In this document: positions 12,820 to 64,000 of the stretch, piece by piece | How the letters are laid out: the number at the start of each line of letters is the position of its first letter | Position numbering within the stretch: position 1 is the first letter of the stretch | Position numbers and translations under genes: made by a program | From: Camelus dromedarius | Lineage: Eukaryota | Length of the DNA: 64,000 bases | NCBI RefSeq assembly: GCF_036321535.1 | Contig: NC_087436.1 | Coordinates: 49,230,001-49,294,000 of the forward strand | Reading direction: 5' to 3' | The notes under the pieces: model-generated | Database searches by the model: none | What the model was told of the DNA's origin: nothing | The model's input: the letters and a program-made list of their open reading frames with translations, nothing else

Positions 12820-15800
12820 TAGAGTGCATTAAATAAATATAAATTTTATTAAAAACACTCACATAGCGTTATCAGGAATGATATAATAATAAACGCTTTC
12901 AAATAACCAGCATTCATAACATTACAATACTTACAGTATTTATAACCATCCGATTTTTATAGACAAATCAAACATCTGATGAAAAGGAAATGAAACTAAG
13001 TTTTTTTTAAAAAAAAGCATAGAAAAATGCACACAGAGTTCATTATCTTAGTGTCAAACTGCAAAAGTTTCCTACACAAGTTAACCACTAGCTTTAGAAG
13101 TGAGCTGTACACCACTGTGCGTCAATCAAGATGAAAAATTCATTCAAGTAAAGTTGACACCACTCAGAAGCATTTTCAAGTATGGCTATATAGTCAACCT
13201 GATATTCCTATATAAGCAAATTGGAGATCTGCTTTCCATTCATTCTAACTGAGGCAGGTTTGATATTTACAGTTATAGATCTGATATTTACAATATGCCA
13301 CTCAACTTCCTCTCCTCCTCCCTACCTAACCTCTCCTCAACCTCCCCCAAACTATATTTCCTGCTCTTGTTGGCCAGCAGTTTGACAGATGACAGTGGAT
13401 GATACAGAAACCAAATATCCATTCATATAGGGTGGCTGACTCAAAACCAACTAATGTGCATGTAGTAACCAAATATTTGGGGTTAGATATATGGCATAGG
13501 CAAAATATTAAAATCATGCAGTTTGACATATTCAAAGCAAACATTTTTGAAATGTTTGTAAACTGGTCACAGCCAAAAATGGGAGGATTTTTTTTTTAAG
13601 ACAAAAGCCATGTTATAAAGATCTGACCAATAAAACTCAAAGTCCTCCTTTGATTAAGGATTTATTTGAAAGATTAGTAAGCAAAAATGAACCTAGACCA
13701 AGATGTAGCTGTACAGTCGATTGCACACCATACCCCTAAGTGTTCTGCCTGTGTAGGGAAGTCCTCGTGGATCTGTACCTGTACTGATTACAGGATCAAG
13801 ACATCTTTATTTAGAGAGTTGAAGACTCTAGCCAACAGCCACTTGCCAAACTCCTGCCTTACAATTTTCCCTTTATCAACTCAGTGCATTCTATTTTCAT
13901 GTAATTTTTTTCTGCTTGAAACAGTCAAAAGATTCTCCAGACTTTTAAAATGCTTTTCTTTACAATAAAAAGAGCCAACAGATTTACAAAATTAGTTTTA
14001 GTTACATCAGGACATATACAAGTAAAAATAGGAGGGATTTGAAATAAAAGGGTTAAATCCCTGAAAAAAATATATTTATTAAACCTACAACAATTTTACA
14101 TAAACACAGGTGACATATTGGCATAAGGAGAACATGAGCTGAAATATCCCTGAATTTTTAGAACAAAAAGGTTGAAGTTCAAGTTATACTTGCTAAGAAA
14201 TCAAGTATCGAAAAAAGGTATTTTTTTTTAATAATAATTAAAAAAAAGACTTGGAAAAAAATGATGGTACACAATGCTATAAGCTTTCACTCTCAGTTCA
14301 ATATCCTATTGCCAAACTAGTGTTGAGGTATATGACAAGTAGGAACATCACTCAAACCTTTAATGAATTCTTAGCTCACATTATGATATATTTGTAGCAG
14401 GCTGAGTAGCACCATCATGATGTGAATTCTGCTTCAAATCCATATATATATATATATGTATATATTTAATTTCTTTTTACAGTACTAAAATACTAAAGCA
14501 TTGCGTTAAAAAAGTTTTGTTTACAATTTAATTTACTTACTATACATCTCTTTCACTTCTTTATACAAATTAATGATTTAAAACCACCACAGCAAACCAG
14601 CTGCCTGTTTTTGTTTTTTTTTTTTTTCTTTTTAATTAACAGATTCACATGGAACTAACCCTGTTTATACTCATCTTACGCAGGCATCAGTCTGCTCAAT
14701 CTTCCTGGTGACGAGGACACTTAAGCTAAGGAATGACAACATCACAATGTACAATTATCAGCAAAAGGCAGACTGCCATTCGGTTTGCTGAAGAGCACAC
14801 AGATCTATACAATAGCGCTGGCTTAAGTGAACTAGCTTTGATGAGTCTGTAGCATGCGGTTATTACCTGCTGCTAATAGACAATTCTTAAAACCTACATA
14901 TTTGAGCAATGAACTTGTCATACAATTTTGTATAAAACTGTTTTACAGTATAGCATGTGAGATGAGCACCAGAAAACATGTTTTGTGGACTAACGTATTC
15001 CCTTGAATCCAGTAAGCCCCATTTTTGGATGTAACTGGCTATATTAAAAATGGACACGTTGCTCATCAGCAGATGCATGGCTAAAAGAAAAATATTTTAA
15101 AAGCTTTCCTTGTTTCCTTAAAAAAATCAACTTTGCATCCTAAAATGAAAGTAAACTTTTTTTTTTTTAAACGTCTCAGTACCTTAGCATTGTTCAAGTT
15201 GTCAAAGCTTAGGTAGACAAAGTGCTTCTAAAACACCATTTAAAATATTTATACATATACATGTTTGTGCACATATACATATGTGTATATATGTACATAT
15301 ATACGTTTACTGTCCTACAAGGACTTCACTGGATGAGCAAAATCCAGAGGCCTTTAAAATGTCCACATTTTAAAAACTAAGCTCATGTAAGAATAGGTAA
15401 TTATGATTAAAAACTTGAATGAAAAGGTACCCCCATTATTCAAGGGCATTGGAGTACACTGGTAGCATCTTGATGATACAAAGGCATTAAATTTTCAACT
15501 GTTAAAGACACCATTTTCTTAGCACCATTTCTTAGAACATCCAAACAAATTCAGTGTTTCGCTGTCCATTTATGCTTCCTGTAGCTATTCTGATAAATAA
15601 AAGTTAATATTAAGATTACAGTAAAAACTGCATGTTAAAAAGCCATAATTCCAGTATTTCAGTATATCATATATTCAGCACCAGATGGTATTTTAAGATT
15701 CCTGCCCCTGTAATAATACAGTACTTGTTTGATTTGCGTTCCATGACTATGCAAACTTGGCATTATTAAAAGTGGTCACAGATGTGTAGAGTTGTAAGGG

Positions 15801-16126
15801 GAGGGGTATCACATTTACGTATCATCTCATCCAATAACAGAACCAGTGTTTAACAATGTAAATTGTGGAACACTTTTTTCTCCACCTTCATTTTGCATAG
15901 AATGCTTTGGTCTTTTGCCTAGATTCCATCTGTGACCACTTAGGAGTCAGGGGAAATTAAGTGCTATGGTGAGAGGACCTCTTTTTTCGCTGGTGAGCAG
16001 AGGTTCTTCCCCCCACATTTGTCAGGAACACTGTGTCCTTTCCCCACTGCCCGCGTCATAAGAACTACACTACGGATAGGCTGGTTGTGGTCTTTTCAAA
16101 TGAGGTAACCAACCCGAGGGGCGACA
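12820..16126 (-). other. TET2: TET2 3' UTR (~3.3 kb); 3' end approximate
   Basis: No interspersed repeats recognised between the stop codon and the poly(A) signal; AU-rich with many miRNA seed matches. Confidence 0.8.
12845..12850 (-). terminator. Probable main polyadenylation signal AATAAA of TET2
   Basis: tttatt on + strand; a GU/U-rich element (GTATTGTCCTGTTG...TTTCTGTTT) follows ~30 nt downstream on the minus strand. Confidence 0.7.
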
Positions 16127-59634
<43,508 letters not shown>

Positions 59635-59635
<1 letters not shown>

Positions 59636-59655
59636 CAGGCTTGCTTCGGGGCCAT
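59635..59655 (-). other. Upstream ORF MAPKQA* overlapping the TET2 start codon (TGATG)
   Basis: Minus strand reads ATG GCC CCG AAG CAA GCC TGA TG; the A of TGA is the A of the main ATG. Confidence 0.8.
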
Positions 59656-59959
59656 CCACAAGGCTGCCCTCTGAATGAATTCTAAAAAGCATGGAAACAA
59701 AAACCAGAGTACATTGATATGTTTCTAACACTAATAATACACCTTAGAGAAGCATCGTGGCATGAACAATATTGGAGCTCCTAGACAGAGCAAACCGTGG
59801 TCCTTATTTCCATGTCTCAGAGTGACACAACCAGGAGCTACTCAGGAAATTACTCTTGTCTTCCCAGCAACTCTCAAATATTCATGGTCACAGAGAACAA
59901 AGACCAAAATCACCAGCTAAAGGGGGAACCTGATACTATATTAGTAAATAGTATCGACT

Positions 59960-60900
59960 TCCTTCCCAAATAATTCTTTGTCAAAATGCTAAGAACAATA
60001 AAGACTACCACCTTTCTTTCTTCTCTAGCACCTTACATATCCAATCACTTGCTAAGCTTGATCAATTCCATTTCCCATATAGTTCTTGACTTTTCTTCAC
60101 TGCCAGATCTACATGATCTTGTTTCAGTATCTATTGCAACAGCTTTTTAAAGGGCTTCTCCCAAGCCCAGACCTGTCCTCTCCCCAGTCCTTCAAGGACC
60201 CTTCATATTGTTATCAAAGGGAATGTTCTAAAACGCAAATCTGATGTCATACCCTTCTTAACACCTTACTGACGCCATATTGCCTGCATCAGTAGTTCTC
60301 AAACTCTTTACCCAAACACACCTGAAAGACACGGCAAGCTCCCAGTAGTGCTGACATTCCAGAGGATGGGGAAGGGATGAAAGCGTGGTTCACAAAGTGC
60401 CCTTTCTGAGTGATTCTGTCCTCCTCTCCAGGCACTTCCTGCCCACTTCTTTTGAGAATTCCTGACTAATAATGAATGGTTTTTCACGTATAGGTTTCTA
60501 TTTTTCTGTTCTCCTACTTCTTCTCACAGTTTATACTCCAATTATAACAACAGCTTATAAATTCTCAAGTGTGGTAAGCTGTGTCAGACCTCCACACTGT
60601 TGTTTTATCTGCCCAGAATGCCTTTTTGGTCCCCTTACTTGCTCAGTGACTCCTGTGTTCAGCTAAAACTGTCTCAGGCATCACCTCCCCTAGGATTCCT
60701 TCTTTGATTTTTCCAAGAGAATTAATCACTTCCATTCCTATGCTGCTTCTATATCTTGTATATGATCTGCAGCTCAACATATCACACTCAGTTATATTTT
60801 GTTTACTCTAACAGGACTGTGAACTCCTTAAAAATATCCTACTCTGTTTATTTCTGTACTTGGTATAGAGTGAGCATCCAGCTTCACTAGATTGATAAAA
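59960..60900 (+). mobile_element. Decayed L2 with an embedded MER5-like remnant (~60289-60455)
   Basis: tccaatcacttgctaag...aaaacgcaaatctgat...gcatcacctcccctagga; cagtagttctcaaact ... tttgagaattcctg termini. Confidence 0.5.
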
Positions 60901-61189
60901 ATTTGCTCATCTTGTGATCAGATCATTTCTTCTTCATTTATTCAAACATTTTTGAGACCAATACCAATGGAGACTTCAAAGCCCAAATGCTAGGGAAAGC
61001 AGGAAGAAATGGGCACTAAAACCCCAAAATAATGTATTATAGAAAATCAATTCTGCCCCATTTATGATACAACCATGCTTTATTTTCCCCGAGGTTTTCT
61101 CATTAAATTTATTCTAGGGTGTAAGTGGAAAAAAAAAATCAAAATTATTTTCCCTTTGGACTATAAAAAAGCTCTATTAAAATAGCCAT

Positions 61190-62800
61190 TGCTTACTAAG
61201 AAAAATGAAACAGAGGAGAAAATAAACATTGGGAAGCAACACTGAAGTTATCATTTGCAGATAATAAGACTGTATACTGGTCAACCAAGAGAATCAGCTG
61301 AAAAGTTGTTACAGTTGATGAGAATTCAGTAAAGTAGCTGAAGAAAAAAATCAATAGCCTTGGTATATAAAAGCAACAACCAGTCAGAAGCTCTGGTGGA
61401 ATAAAATACTATAATAGAAAAAAATGTTTTTAAAACATTACGAATAAACTTAAAAAGAAATGTGAAAGACCTATTATTAATCTATTCATTTAATGTACTC
61501 TCATAAAGATACTAGCAGAATGTTCTGAGGAACTAAAGAAGCTGTCTCTAAAGTTCATGTGAAAAAATAAGCAAACTGGGTACCCAGGAATAATCTGGAA
61601 GAGAATCGTAATGTGGCCTGGGAAGGGCACTGACCAAATTAAAAGCTATTAAAAGGCAACAAAAGCTCTACTGTACTTAAAGCAGCTTGTACTTACACAT
61701 CAACAGATAATACAGTATTTACAAGACCAATGGAATAGAATAGAATGTCCAGAAATAGATTTAAACATGCATAGAAATACGGTGCAAGGTAACAATGGCA
61801 TTTCAAATAAATACATTAGAATGACTGGACAGTTTTCTGAGAAAAATAATAAAGTTGGACCTGTCCCTTATATCTGACACCAAAATGTATTCTAGATGGA
61901 TTTAACATCTGAATGTGGAAAACAAAACCCTAAGAAAATTAAAAGCAACCTGAGAAAGCTTAAAAAATAATTATCTAATGACTGGGTAAGTTCTTTGTGA
62001 CAAAAAAATCTAGAAGCCATAAAAGATGAGAAAGTTCAGTAAAATTTATGCATGCGAAAATAAACCAATAAGCAAAGTTAGAAGTACATAAAATGTAATA
62101 TATAGGACCCATACAAACTGACAGGATAAAGACCAACCACTGAAGAAAAAAATAATGAGCAAAGGATGTGGACAGTTCACAGAAAATGAAATGCAAATGG
62201 CTCTGAAATATTTTTAAGATGTCCATTATTACTTGTAAAAAGAAATGGAAATTAAAACTGCAACGAGATACAGTTCTTTCCCCAAATTGGCAAAGAAGAA
62301 AAATTTTGATAATACACTATGTTGGCAAGCATGTGGGGAAACAGACATGCTTTGCATGGTTCTCAGGAGTCAAAAGTAATACAAATACCATGGAGGACAA
62401 TTTAGCAATATCGTAGAATTTCACAGAAACTTCTTTGATTCTTCAGTTTTAAGAACTTATTTTACAAATATGCCCATATATATGTGTTAAAGAATGTATG
62501 CACAATACTTTGCAATAGCAAAAGTTTGGAAACAACCTACATTTTCATATAAAGTATTTCCAGGTAATTAAATGAAGTCAAACAAGCTGCAGAACAGTAT
62601 GTGTAAGGATGCCACAGCCTGTACATTTACCAAACTAAAGAAAAGCAGCTCTGGGAGAATATACACTGAAACTGGCGATAATACTTTGCCTCCAGGAGAA
62701 GGAGTGGAGAGGCTGGAAAACAGCACTGGGAGGAAGACTGCTTTTAAATGTGTCGTTTTGTAACTTTTAAGCATGTATATTAATTAATAAATAAAACCTA
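61190..62800 (+). mobile_element. Old L1ME-type ORF2 C-terminus and 3' UTR
   Basis: gaccaatggaatagaatagaatgtccagaaatag; ORF 62219..62416; gcaatagcaaaagtttggaaacaaccta. Confidence 0.75.
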
Positions 62801-62904
62801 AATCAAAAGGTCATAATTCCTATTGGACAAAGAAAAACAACAGAACAAAGTGACATCTTTATTTCTGTAAACCTACTTCCTTTGAAATGCTAAGAAATGG
62901 CCTA

Positions 62905-63190
62905 GACATGCAAGCCACTGGTCACCAATGGCTCCTGAGCCTTTGAAATGTGGTTAGTACGAATTGAGATGTTCTGTAAGTATAAATACACACTGGATTT
63001 CAAAGGTCTTAGTGTGCACAAAAAAAGAAAATAACTCAGTTTCTTAAAATATGTATTACATGCTGAAACAATACGATTTTGGTTAAGTAAAATACATTAT
63101 TAAAAAAATTTTTTTTACTTGTTTTAACGTGAGTACTGGAAAATTAAAAATTTTACACGTGGCTTATGGTGTACTTCTATTGGGTAGCTT
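62905..63190. mobile_element. hAT-Charlie MER33-like remnant
   Basis: tttgaaatgtggttagtacgaattgagatg...aaatacacactggatttcaaag...acgtggctta...ttctattgg. Confidence 0.6.
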
Positions 63191-64000
63191 GGAGCTAAAC
63201 TAATACTCTTAATCATCAGTAGCCTTTAATTTAAAAACTTTTGTTTCCAGGATCATGAGAATTGATTTGTAGTCTTTGATGTAAGGGGTTTCTCCAAAAT
63301 CAGGGGCACCACCACTTTTCAAAAGGTAAGAAGCATAGACATAAGCCTAGGAAAATCCTTCATAGACGAGGTCAATTAGCTTTCCAAACACTACAACCAA
63401 AAATTCTTTCTTTCAGTAACTAAATCAATTTCCACTGTACCAAACAAAATGTATTTACATGCACACATGTACACTTATGTTATATAAACTTGCAGGTTCT
63501 TTATACACTGTATATTGTCCTACTTAATTTTTAGATAATACCTTTATCTATAAATACATATTTATATTTATTATATATGTAATATATTATTCTCTGTTAT
63601 GGTCCATACCACATAATTTGGACATTCTTTAAAGTGTCAAGGGCAGAATTACAATGGATGAAGTTTGCGTATCTTTTATGAGCATAATATTAGCTTCTAA
63701 GAAGAAATGAAGTTGACTTAGAATAAAATTTATTTCAATATGGAACTTTAAACACAACAGACATTTTTAAACACTAATTTAATATTATTGTTAGAATTAT
63801 TCTGCCCATGACAGCAAGTCCTTTACTGAGTACAACCATCAGATGTGAAGAGTTAGTTAAATGGTTAACCTTTTAAGGGAGGACAGGAAAAGGGTATATT
63901 GTCTTTCCATTTTAGGATGAAGATAATTCGTTATTTGATGATTATTTGTTATTAGTCTATGAATCTGACTGAGAAAATTTAAACCAATAAAGTACCACTT

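Noticed and set aside
59636..59731. N-terminal extension [17 protein letters not shown] of the 1196-aa ORF
   Set aside because: Sequence upstream of 59681 is intronic (polypyrimidine tract and AG acceptor); the track start is a non-ATG codon
59700..64000. TET2 promoter or upstream non-coding exon
   Set aside because: No CpG island or convincing exon seen; the region is mostly L2/L1ME/MER relics

Overview
Mammalian genomic DNA, AT-rich and retrotransposon-dense. A tRNA-derived SINE resembling Vic-1 at ~29.35-29.50 kb suggests a camelid. The window holds the complete coding region of TET2 (5-methylcytosine dioxygenase) on the minus strand. Nine coding exons (equivalent to human exons 3-11) run from the ATG at 59635 to the TGA at 16127, all with GT-AG junctions; they sum to 6012 nt (2003 aa plus stop). 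A ~3.3 kb 3' UTR ends at an AATAAA at 12845-12850. The promoter and upstream non-coding exon(s) were not identified. The rest is mostly LINE-1, L2, MIR and DNA-transposon relics; nearly all short ORFs in the track are L1 debris or antisense shadows. I found no prokaryote-type system (CRISPR, operons) and no clearly new protein-coding gene. Most notable observations: (1) a 6-codon uORF whose stop overlaps the TET2 start (TGATG); (2) a TSD-flanked ORF1-only 'half-L1' lying next to a complementary 5'UTR-plus-ORF2-only L1; (3) an L1 3' transduction; (4) a sharply bounded CpG island over the catalytic part of the last exon; (5) a miR-29 site at a tandem-duplication junction with a distal match to the miR-29b 3' end; (6) an open intron-3 read-through tail; (7) a mixed-orientation 23-bp repeat cluster upstream of exon 7. 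Comparisons with human TET2 and repeat family names are from memory and need checking.
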